Source: Pelomyxa schiedti (Eukaryota > Protista > Evosea). From it: a DNA stretch of 64,000 bases. The DNA lies in the NCBI GenBank assembly GCA_020536535.1, contig JAHLWZ010000711.1, forward strand, positions 27,927 to 91,926. The letters run 5' to 3'. Below the pieces are notes generated by a model. The model was not told the DNA's origin, did not search any database, and saw only the letters and a list, made by a program, of their open reading frames with translations. Shown here one piece after another: positions 27,001 through 40,138 of this stretch; positions within the stretch are counted from its first letter, which is position 1, and each line of letters opens with the position of its first letter. Both the position numbers and the translations under genes were made by a program.

Positions 27001-28363
27001 ACGACGAGTATGATGACTTTGTTGACGAGACTCTGGCCAAGCCTGGGGCTACGCAAGGACTTCCACAAACTAGTTCCAATTCAGCAACGCTGGCGCCGGA
27101 GTCAGTTGAAATACTGGATGAAGCCTGGAAAAAGTCTTTGAACTCTAATATTTATAATATTGTTACTGAGAGGCAACAGCATTTCAGTGTCAGAGAAAAT
27201 GAAGACCCACCTTGTGATTTGATTGCCATGAAAACAGTTTGTATTTCTCCCTCTAGCCAATTTTTAATCGTTTTATCAGAGGGAAATACATTGCCGGTAT
27301 CCAACAGGAAGACCGGCAATGCTATCTTGGACATTACAACTCATGACCAAGATAACTGAAGAACTCAATGGCGTTTGTCTTCTTTCTATTTCATCGGTAT
27401 TGAGAAATGTGGCCGCTGCACATGAGGCATCAATAAGAGAGGAAAACACCAAGAAAAAAGCAGCTGCCACTAAAGTGCAGCTTCAAACTGCCCTTGAGGA
27501 ACTGGAACTTTCTGAAAACCTGTTGGCACAGTCAGAAGAGGTTCTCTGTCAGTCGATTGCACAATCTCGCGCTGAGAGGGAGTTGTTGACCTGGATTTCT
27601 TTGGAAAAGAATGACATACAACGGAATCTTGACGCTACTCAACAATCTCTCACAAGGATGGCCATCCAATTTGCAAAGAAGTCATTTGCCGGACTATCTG
27701 CCCTTGATATATCCACTATTATAATCCCTGAACTTGACCTGTTTTCTGCCACCCCTAGTGAGCAGGGTATCAAATAATACACAAATAATTATCCCTCTTT
27801 TACTCAATGTCCTTTTCACAGGTACTTCCACTGAAGCCAGAGAGAAACTGTTTTGTGATTCCATTGTTAAAAACCTTGTCAATGGCCAAGTCCTCGATTG
27901 CCTGCCTGATGACGAGGTTCTGTCCCAGCTTGGACTTACCGGCTTGATTCCCCGCAAGTCCCTGCACCACTTCATCAGATGTGTACACAGCTTCGGTGTA
28001 CCCAAAAGACCGCAAAATGCACAAGCCAAAGCCAAAGCCTCCACTGTGTGCACATGGGACCCAGATAAAGTTCACTCATGGCTCCAACACGAAATATCAT
28101 CCATTACTTCCTCAAACAGCACGCCAGGCACTTCTGCATCACCAACAATCATACCTGGATCCACTGCACACATTTCCACACCTGCAAGCACAAGCACAAG
28201 CAGTGACATTCCTGGGTGGGTTCTGATTCACCTCAACGCAAGGGACCTCATGCATATGTTTCCCTCCTTGCCTCTGGGTGTTGTTTGCAGGCTAGCAAAT
28301 TCCATTTCCCTCCTATGTGACAGTGTCTTTACCATCCCAGCACCAAGTACACACAAGCATTGA
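24075..28363 (+). CDS. Ankyrin-repeat protein with duplicated coiled-coil/SAM/SAM C-terminal modules
   Basis: About 13 TPLxxAxxxGH repeats in ORF 23979-25919. SAM-like segments (INGEALEQLTNDDMLEL; WTENQVAQWL..LTHPDLRALGLTIGDARRL) recur in ORF 27734-28363. The ORFs are joined by short introns. Confidence 0.82.
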
Positions 28364-28536
28364 AGTTGGGGAATTCGGACACAGATGCAACGTAGCTTTG
28401 GCAACCACACAGGGCGGTAAGGATATCCATGAGACGTCGTATTATTACCTACAAATAAAAGATGGTGTTGTACAGGAAGAAGTAATTTACCCTTAGCTGG
28501 GGGAAAAAAAAACGAATAAAAAAAAAAAACATCCAG

Positions 28537-29565
28537 ATGGCGGACGACGATGAGGAACAACCACCAGCTCGGCAGCTGCCTGCCAAGCGACCTCGTGTGC
28601 CATTTAATAGATGAACAAAGAGCGCCTTAACAACACCAAAACCAGGGACTGCTGTCGTTTCGGCCGCCGCGAGTGTGGGTTCCACGAGATTCTCGTGTGT
28701 TGCGCTCGACGTGGCCATGCCGCCACACGTCCTAGATCAGATCGTCTCGTTCGTCATGTTGCGTCCTCACGCCGGGCTCTGCAACTTCTCGCAGTGCTCG
28801 CGCTCGTGCCTCGCTGCGTGCGAGAGGTCGTGCCTCGTCTTTCGCGTGAGGGCTATGTGCAGGGCCGGAAACGTAGCAATTCCGCCCAACCCTCTGCCTG
28901 GAAGCGACGAGATTCTGCGGGAAGTGGGGGTCCGTGTGGGCGAGAGGAAGTCCCTGCTGAGGTTTCTGAAGCGTGATGTGGAGGATAAGGAGTGGCAAAT
29001 GGTGGTGGCTGGTGCCAAGCCGATGCCTCTCGGGGAGGATTTCCGGCTGTTTAAAAGATTCGTAGGGGATCATTCTCGACTCGAGGCGTTTAATCCAAGG
29101 GTAAGGCACGTAAACCATGTGCACCACCGGAAGAACCTGTCAGATAATGAATTCAAGCTTCACTGCTTTGGAGCGATTTGGTTTTACTCTCCAGACCACA
29201 GCAAGAAAGCGTTTATCTTCTGCAATGGGCAAGTCAAGGACCAGTATGATGAGCGGGAAGAAAACCGCCAGATTGGATTCTGCTGTGTGGATGCTGCTGC
29301 GCCAACACCACCAGCTCCTCCACATAGACTACTCAAGTCGGATGCCCCTCTTTCTGCTCCCTGGATACCTTTGGCTGAAGGATCCGCCGAAGAGTGGGAC
29401 CCATGGCGAGACTATGGGCCTCTGTTTGGGTCAACAACAACCAAGACCTTCCGACAACTGATGGAACGCATAGACTGGCAATTACCTAGGGATGAAGAAC
29501 AGCTTTATGAATACCTGTGGGCCATTGTGGCCTTGTGCGGTTGCAGGCCTCACTTTCAATGGTAA
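28537..29565 (+). CDS. F-box-like protein with unknown C-terminal domain
   Basis: Exon 1 MADDDEEQPPARQLPAKRPR splices in frame (phase 1 intron ending at 28645) to MPPHVLDQIVSFV..LCNFSQCSRS, an F-box pattern. Confidence 0.62.
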
Positions 29566-29636
29566 CTGAACCAGAGCGCCACAACTAGAATGGAAGTTCT
29601 TTCAAAAAAAACCATAAAGACTCTCTTTCTTTGGAT

Positions 29637-32600
29637 TTAGGCATAGGTGTCGCGAAGGGAACGGACAGAGAGGGAGGAGTAGAAGCTGTTGGCGTCGGAC
29701 ATGGCTTCCTTGGAGTGGAATTGAAGAGTGAGGGGGGTGAAGGGCTGCAGGAGGAACCCGTTGCTGAGCCAGTGGCCAGACAGAGTGCTCTGCATAAACA
29801 CAAACGGGGCCATGGCATCTGACTCCAGGGTTATGAGGGCATCAGTACCTGAGGGCAGGACGACGGGGTCGGTGAGGGTGATTGTTGCTTTTGGCAGTGT
29901 GACTGCACTTAAAGAGCTGGGGTAAAAGATGTTGCTGGAGAGCACGTTGGTGGCGTTGTATGCATCGTTGAGAGTCATAAGGAAAACGCCGTCGTTGCGG
30001 TTAGCTTAGCTACCGGTTAGTTGCTCATCTCAAAAAGAAAGCCTCTACCAGTTATCTCTGAAATGACGAGTTTCAAAGCAAGAATACTGGATATACCGTC
30101 CACTGCAACTACGGAGGATGTGTAGCTGAATTTAAGGCTGCCATCTGACCAGCTATTTTCCGTGAGCAAAAACATATGTTGCAATTGTATACTTACGAAA
30201 GGAAGGATACAGTGACAGTCCCTGAAACTGTATACTAAAAGGAAATTGAGTGAAAGAGGATCTCGGAGACAATTTGCGACCTGGTTGTCGTTCACAATGA
30301 AGATGTTCAATTGATCATCAGGATCCTCATAGGGCGACACTAGTAGTGGGGCAAAGAAGTCCTTTGCATAGTTATGCAAGAGCTTCCACCGTCCACCATA
30401 TTCTGTGCATCGCTATGAGGGCGAATATATAACGTAAAAGGAGTGAACCTATTGACGACCAGGTTGGACCTTGCCAGATATCGTTCAGTTGCCAATACAA
30501 TGCTCCCATCGTATGTGCTGGTGACACACTCTAAGAGTCATGTTATGTTTATTTTTATCTGGAGTATTGACTTGATAACGTCGATATGTTTCAGTCTCGG
30601 ACTTTATGCACACTGCTTGAACGACTAACAGGATACTTGGAAAAAATAAAGTTGATGATTGCATGTACCCTGTGAAACGTAGCAGAAATCAGCAAATTGG
30701 GTAACGCTGTCACTGTTCTCTGGATATTTGAAATGGAGCTCCATTAATGCACGGATTTGGTCATTTCCACCTGCATGATGTTGTCTATGATTCATCAAAT
30801 CCGAGCTGAAAAAAACTGGTTTTAGCGAGAGTGGGGTTGTGGAAGTACAACTATAAATTGAGGTCCGAAGTTTCTGTTACAGGTAGCCATGTGTTAATCG
30901 ATGGATAGCTTTGATACCCATATTCCTTATGAAGGTTATGTAGGAAGAGAAGGACAAAAAGACTACTGAAGCGAAACGGGGTTTGGGGAAGATGTTTATA
31001 TCCCAACAATCAGACTGTAGTTGGTCAATGATTGATACTTGTATTGTTTACATACAGTATAGTCATAGAAGTGAACGTCACCGTAAATTTCAGACTGAAC
31101 ATTGCCCCTGGTTTTCATAGTCTAGGCGAGAAAAATAGCAAAATAAACTTACCATCTACCAACATACAGCTCTGATGTATCTACAAGTGCGCCATTACTT
31201 GGGCTACTTGGGACAAAAGGTCTCCTGTTGTTCCCATTAAACAGTAGCAAGATTGAAGGAAAAGGGTACCACGCGTCTTCCGAAGACAACAGAGGTTGTA
31301 TGGTATTCAGATACAACTCACTGGGTAGATAAGAGTGTTGTAAAATCAAATGCAAGTTACCTGTAGTCAACAGTATACAACTGAGGGTTTTCAACCGTCT
31401 CCGAGTACCAGTTGAGTGCACCTTCGTTTTCATTGTTTGCACTCCAAATTATGATAGACGGATGTGACATTGTGCGGCGCACCTATAGGCGTTAAGTTTC
31501 ATCAAATATAAAGTGATTTGGAAACCTGGTACTTCACTTCAGCAACAACATTTTCCAAGAAAGTGATATCTCGGGGGTACATTGCACAGGCAAACATTAT
31601 CTTGTGAATTTTCATTTTAGACTGATTGGGAGTTTAATTGAGACAACATCTTCCCAAATCATGAGACCGTATTCGTCAGCAAGATCATAAAATAGATCGG
31701 ACTGATAGACACCTCCACCCCAGTTCCTTTTTAGTGTGAAAACAGGTTACATGAGATAAGGGAGGCACCTTAGCATATTCATGTTGGCTTCAACGGCGCC
31801 TGAAAGTAAGTCTTCCAGAACATCCTCTGTCTATGAGAACTCAGATAATAACATGAAAAACTGTGTACATACGGCGCGATTTTCAAAGCTGTCGGCAGGG
31901 ATCCAGTTGGATCCCTTAGAAAATACAGGGACATTGTTAACCTTTATATAAAAGGATAAACCCTCTTCACCAGTTATTTCTTCTTGGATCTGAAAATGAT
32001 TTCACCACCAATAAAACTGGATGAAAAGTACCAGCTCCAACTTTCGGAAGCCAATATTTCGTTGAAGCGATGATGTTTCACCTTTAGTGCTGGTAAATGT
32101 AGCCTTGTACATGAGTTAATTATGTGATGGCATCGAGCAGCTGCAAACCTTGACAGAATACAGCTCTCTTGTGTTGGGGGAAACTCCATTGGGCCACCAC
32201 AGTGAGGGATTTGTTGCTGTAAGTTCTATTGAAACTAAATTTTCTCCCTGAGGAGTTTCTGAGTTACTGAGAAAGGGAAGTGAGTGCATACCGCGGTAAG
32301 AGTTACAGATTTTGATGAAGTTAATTTGAGACTGTCAATTGCTACTGTTACAGTGCCTGTAACGGATCCACTGGAAATAATAAATACACGACCCTACAAA
32401 CTATAAATTTTCCCTGAAACCATATTTGAGTAATTACTGTGACAGTCCAGGTTGATAAGCCAGATTTTGGAGTTACTCCAACAGAGAACTCCGAGACCAT
32501 TGCCTCAGAGTACGCAACAATGCGAATAGATTGCCTGAGTGTCTTAATTTAAAAAATTGACAGATTATGCTGCTGCTGACCATATTCCCTCTGGGATAAA

Positions 32601-33401
32601 GCAGGGCCCCCAGTCCCAAGAAAAGCTACACTGTTCTTTGCGAATGAAATTTCGGTGATCCTCACCATTTTGGCAAGGGTCATCTGAACTGGGGACAGTG
32701 TATGGGTATGCTGCAGCCTTAAAGAATTAGAAATCTCCTTCAGAAGAGATGTTCTACTTGCTCATCAGCATAGGTAGCAGCAGATTGGAATGCCAATTGT
32801 AGGCTATTTGTGCCAGATTTCACTACCGAAGTTATGTCAAATGTATATCTGAAAGTGGGTAGTTTTCAGACGATTGAAAGAACTTAAACCTGCGAAACAT
32901 GTTGTTAGCAGTTCCAAGAGTTACTCCGTTCAATATCACGGATGCTGCTGTATCAAGCCCGTCGCAAACAAGCAATACCTGGGTAATAAAAGGTCACCCT
33001 TACGCAGTAGCAAGTCTCAATCCAACCTTCTTATAGGAGAGCAAGGTGGTGGTGGCAGTGAAGGTCCTGCTATACGTCCATTCGCTAAGACCAACCCATC
33101 TGTAGTCAACATCACCATATCGGTAATACGGGTCCTAGTGTGCTTTAAGAAAAAAAAAAAAGTGTATCCAAAATACTTCAATAACACCCGCGTTGATAAG
33201 GTCAGTATGAACCACCCCAGGAACAGTAGCCTGGTAGCTGGGACTGGTAATCGTGAGTGAGAAAACTAAAAAAAAAAAAAAAGAGGACCTGGTGGAGTTC
33301 TTCACGGTCCATGAGCTACCACCCAAATCCATTTCATAAGGAGGCGCGCATAGCACAATACACGCGGCCAACAAAACTACTACCGCTGTCCTAACCACCA
33401 T
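29637..33401 (-). CDS. MANBA: Beta-mannosidase (glycoside hydrolase family 2), secreted/lysosomal, many exons
   Basis: Signal peptide, [89 protein letters not shown]. Confidence 0.95.
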
Positions 33402-33553
33402 CCCTTGATGGGTTTTTTTTAATTTTATGTTATTTCTTTTCTACCCATCTCCTAACGAGCAGCGCTTGTTTGATTGAACGAGAAAATTGAAGAAAAGGGT
33501 TTTTTTTAAAATACTTAGATAAGGTAAGAAAGGTTTAGTGGGGTGTAAGCCAA

Positions 33554-35401
<1,848 letters not shown>

Positions 35402-36935
35402 TTATTTTTTTAAAGTGATTTTTCTTTCGCTTTTTCGCTTTTAAGGAAAACTCACTCGCCAATTGGTTTCTAATTGAAAACGAGTTGGCCAACTCGGTTA
35501 GCCTTTTAGGAACATGTTCGCCTGATTTAGCTCCTCAGGTGCAGAGGGACCAAGTCTCCTCTGGGAACCTGCACGATTCCTCAGTCTCCGAAACTTGGGG
35601 CCCTATCTGTTTAAAACAACAACCCAAAAGCCAAAAAAAGCGAATTGAGGAAGGAGGAAATTTCTTTTATTTGTTTCCAATTTGGTTTGGTCTTTCTGGC
35701 GTGGCAACACAGAGGGAAACGGCTCGTGAAGGGGCTTTTGGCACTTGCTCTTTTCAGCCCAGCACCGTGTGAGGAAGCACCTCAAACGCAGAGACAACTC
35801 AATACCACACCAACCACACGGAGACCCAAGACAGTGTCTCCCAGCCGCGGGGTGTCACCGACGAGGTGGACCACGAATGCCACCGGGCCTCGTCTCGAAC
35901 GGAGCACGCTCCGCACTCGGCCGCCACCAGGCGACGAGGTGGGATGCTGACAGCAGAAACGCACGCCGGACCGCTCGCCTGGCCGCGCCACGAGCAGAGC
36001 CCCACTCCCAACGGAGCGCGCCACGCGCCCGCCGTCGTTGTCAAGTGTGGTGGTCCGTCCCGTCTCCCCCCCATGGATGCCAACGCACGATCGCGGGGAT
36101 CCCTGCTCTGCGCCGCTGCCCCACGCCCGCTGCTGCATGTCACTCACCCCGCTGCCCCTGAGCACGTCATTGGGGGGCCTCTCCTCCACACTGGCTCAGC
36201 AGCGCTCCCCTCGTGGCCCCCCCTGCAGGGGGGCAACTCCAGAGGCTTGTGAGGGAACTCCCCACACAGCACAACCACCCCGGAGGGTGATTGTGTCTGT
36301 GGGCACAAGCATAGAGCCGGAGGTTGCTGGCAAGTGGAGGAGTGGGCCCCTATTGGGGGGGGTATTGACGTGCTCTTTTGGGAATTGTTTAAGGGGAAGC
36401 GGGTGACAGTGACAGCAGCAAGGCGGGGAGCAATGGCGCGAGACCGGCGGGATCCTCCTGGCCTTGGTTCCAGCAAGGACCAGTTTTGCGTGCGTGCCTC
36501 CACGGAAGTGCCCCCCTCATCGAGGGGCTCAGGGAGCAGGACTGGGTCACATTGACTCGAGCAGGCCATGGCGCTGTTGGGCGGGAGTACTCGCAGCAGC
36601 GGGAGACGACGTCCAGGCGCGTGCGTGTGCCGCAGCAGAGCCCAGCCTTCGTGCCAGCAGCAGCAGGGGCGGCGTGACGCTCTCGACTCAGCGTAGGCGG
36701 CGCGTGGGCCTCGAGTGACGGTCCGCTTCTGGTTGATCACTGAAGGGGCGCGGGCCGGATTGGTCAGAGCCATCTCCACGTGAGGCGCAGCCAGCACAAT
36801 GTGTCAGGCCTACTTCGGGGTCGTGCCTCGGCCCCACACTCGCCTCGTGTCAACGGGGACTTGTTGCTGTCTGGTTAATTGTGAGCAACAAAGTGTTAAT
36901 GAACTTCATGATTACCTCGTAAAGGGGATGTGCTC

Positions 36936-37023
36936 CTATAATAAGCCCCAAGTCACAGGCAGAGAACGAGCCTTTCTTTCGCTCGTTCTCTGCCTGTCCC
37001 GTGACGCTCTGGCTTATTGTTAG
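36936..37023. ncRNA. Candidate structured-RNA hairpin (pre-miRNA-like) or fold-back relic
   Basis: Perfect 17-bp inverted repeat 36955-36971/36981-36997 with a 9-nt loop, extended by GTCAC/GTGAC and TAATAAGCC/GGCTTATTG. Confidence 0.35.
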
Positions 37024-40000
37024 AGAAATAACTTAGTCCTTCAATAAAATAAATACCGCAAATGCTCAGTCGTAGAACGGTGCCTTTTGCTCGTATTCCG
37101 TAACTTTCGACATTCTCGCAGTAACGTTGCCCCTGCACGAAGGAAAAAAAGGGGGTTGGTGAGAAATGAAAATTAAATCGTTAAAAAAAAAATAAAATAA
37201 AAAAACGAGAAACAGGTACCTAATGAACAGCTCCACGTTGTTGTGCCACGTTGTCATGCGATCGTAGATCGCTGTTGGTCGTGTCTTTGTTGCCGTGCGT
37301 TGATTTTGGTTTTCGTTTGCAGGTGCGATTTATTTTTTTTTTTTGTCAAGAAATGAAAAGAAGAAATATAAACTGCCCCAAGGGTGACGTTGCAGGGCAA
37401 TTGTACTCGTAGATCTGATTCATACTCACCTTATAACGTCCGGGCACCAATGCAGTGCATGCAGTGCCCTTGTGGTCAGAAACAGTCGTCCCTCTGAGAC
37501 CACAGGGAGCAGAATCTGTCTCAGCACTTCATCATCATTAGATCTCCAGATCTTACATTAATAATATTAGTTTGAGCTCAAGCAGCCGGTGCCGGTTCGT
37601 ACGGTCGTAGTATTATATTGTGGCAGGGTTGCCCACAATCGCCCATGTGGCTTCTAAAACCAGCGCCGGTAGAAGCACGTCGCTCGCAGTTATGGGGTGT
37701 GGGTGCCGGAAGACATCCATCCCATAATGGCCCCACGGGCCACCCGTGCACAACACACGGCGGGCGTCTTTGTTTGTCCCTTGTGTGTTGTATGTTGATG
37801 CATCATACATTAAACCACAAGCCTCACTCCCTCACCGTTGAGTTGGTTGTAATTGCGTGGCCAGTGGCTGTTTGAGTTGTTGTGTCAATGCTTATGTCCC
37901 AGGTTATACGCACTTCCCAAGTGTCACTTTTTGTTGCCAAGACTAAACTAGCAACAACAACAACAACAATTGTTTTTGTTGTTGCGGGTGCATGTGACCA
38001 TGTCACCAACATGGCACCCGCCAATAGTCATCGATGCCGACCCTGATGGACCCCTCCCCTTTCGGGTATGTTGTTCCTCATTGTCATGATCAATTATCGC
38101 GTGGCCGTCGGGAATGCTGACCAACACTAACATATTGTACTGTGCCTACCTTTGGTGCTTTCCAGTAATCACAGGACTGACTGATCGACATCAAATTGAA
38201 CGAAGAAAAGGTGCAGAGCTGCACCAATTTAGTTGTTGGTACACCGACAGTGATCTTTTGCATTCAATTACAAATGAATATTCGCTTGTAAGAAAGAAGC
38301 GTGGTCAACAACTATGTTTTTCCCTTCTTCTTTCTTTCATTCTAAATATTCGAACAACTTCTTGGTACTGGCAAGGTAGCTGAATCGTGATGACAAAGTA
38401 GCAGACTGTTGATACAAATTTCACAAAGCTTTCATTTGATATAGTGAAACTGCAATGCAACTCTTACCGACACTTCTTGGCATGTGCCACTTTTCCAGTG
38501 TTGCTGGATTGAAAAAGGATATCAGCCGTGCTGTGTCACTTTGGAGGCGGGTGTGGATTCTGGAAACACAATGGCAATGATTACAACAATGTCTGGGGTG
38601 TTCTTGCTGGCCACACAGTGCCACTTTACATGAGGGCTGCTGATTCTGTAAAAAATTCGTCAAGGTACTCTCTTCAACGAAACCCAGTTTGGTAGGAAGG
38701 CAGATGGAGCACCCCCAAAAGGATCCCCTTCAGGTTTAGCCTCCCATTAACTTGGAGAGTTGGAGGGCAAAGTACAGGCACCCAGGCACTCTCCCACAAC
38801 ACAATCTGGCCGATCGGGCCAAACCAGGATTGGAAACTGGAAAAGTACTGGAGATGAGTCAACGAAGAATCAGATCCCCCGCCGGCTAAAGACAAGACCC
38901 CAAAAGAAGCACCCCACCATGCCCGGCAGCCTAACTGAGAAATGGAAAGCAAAGACAGCTATCTATATCGATTTACCTGTCGTTTTTGTGGGACTTGGAA
39001 AGAGTCTTTCACCGTGTCCATTAAACTTGGTAGTGTATGTTAAAATTTTACAATGTAGACTAAACTTTTACCCTACTGGCAGGGCACACATACTTGAAAT
39101 TACCCTCTACAATCTCTCGGAGAGCCGCTTAATTTCAAAGCCCGGCCCAGAAGTCGCAGTATGGTTTGAAAGGTGAAATTCTCCCTTGGATTCGGAACCA
39201 CAGGAATACCTCTCTGTGCCACGGGAAATCAGGTACAACACAATGACACTATACAAAAACCTTTATCATATCCTAGAAGAAAACTGGAAAAAAGAAGTCC
39301 GCCAAAGATCATTGAAATGATGCAAACCCTGGGCTTTTATATGACAGTCCAAATAAACAATTCACTGCGGAAATGTATGCCCTAGTTCCTGCACATAGGA
39401 TTTTTAGTAACAATAAGGAAGAGGCGAGAAAACAGAAGAAAAAACAAAGTGAACCCCATAAACCATCGCAAAAGGCACTGTGGCTCGTGTGAAGTTTTCC
39501 TATTATCGGCAACTCTTTCTAACTCAACACAACAGGCATGCACGTGGTAAATGAGTAAATTCTCATGATAAAGAGAAATTTGGGGGTACAGCCCTCAGGA
39601 GACAGTCTTGCATTATGAAAAAGTGTGTGAACATGCACAATACACTGAAGAAGGTAATTTGCAACAAGTTAAAAGAATAACAAAGGTCATGTTCTGAGTC
39701 GGAAGACAGCTCAGCTGGGAAAGGTGACAACAATGCCCATCACCACGTATCCCATCACCCACCACCCACACTAGAGAAGGAGGAGCCCTCATGTTCCCGG
39801 ATATGTTCACATATCCCCGGGACACCCTCAACGCACCAACTGACGTTCCACAACCACAAGAAATCCAAAAATGCACAGCACAGACATCAACCGTAACTAC
39901 GCAGTGACACAACTGCACACACTGCACCAAAACAACCACTTCCACTGCTAACAACGAAGAAATCTTAGCTTAAAAATAACATACTCAAAGTTATTATTGT

Positions 40001-40138
40001 AACATCTGTACCCGATGATTCCAAAAATCATTGGCACTTGCTTTGGTCTGCTGGCTGTTGGCCTGTGACCTTGTTGTTCGCTATCTGTTCCTGAAAGTGC
40101 CAGCTTGTTCCACTGAGGATTCCCACTCACTGCCACAT

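Noticed and set aside
37000-37070. UGA readthrough/selenocysteine with the hairpin as SECIS
   Set aside because: The hairpin lacks the AUGA/GA quartet and apical AA, and readthrough frames hit further stops with no selenoprotein motif.
38510-38525. ATATCCTTT U12-type donor on the minus strand
   Set aside because: It is not within a demonstrable gene and no branch site or acceptor was identified.
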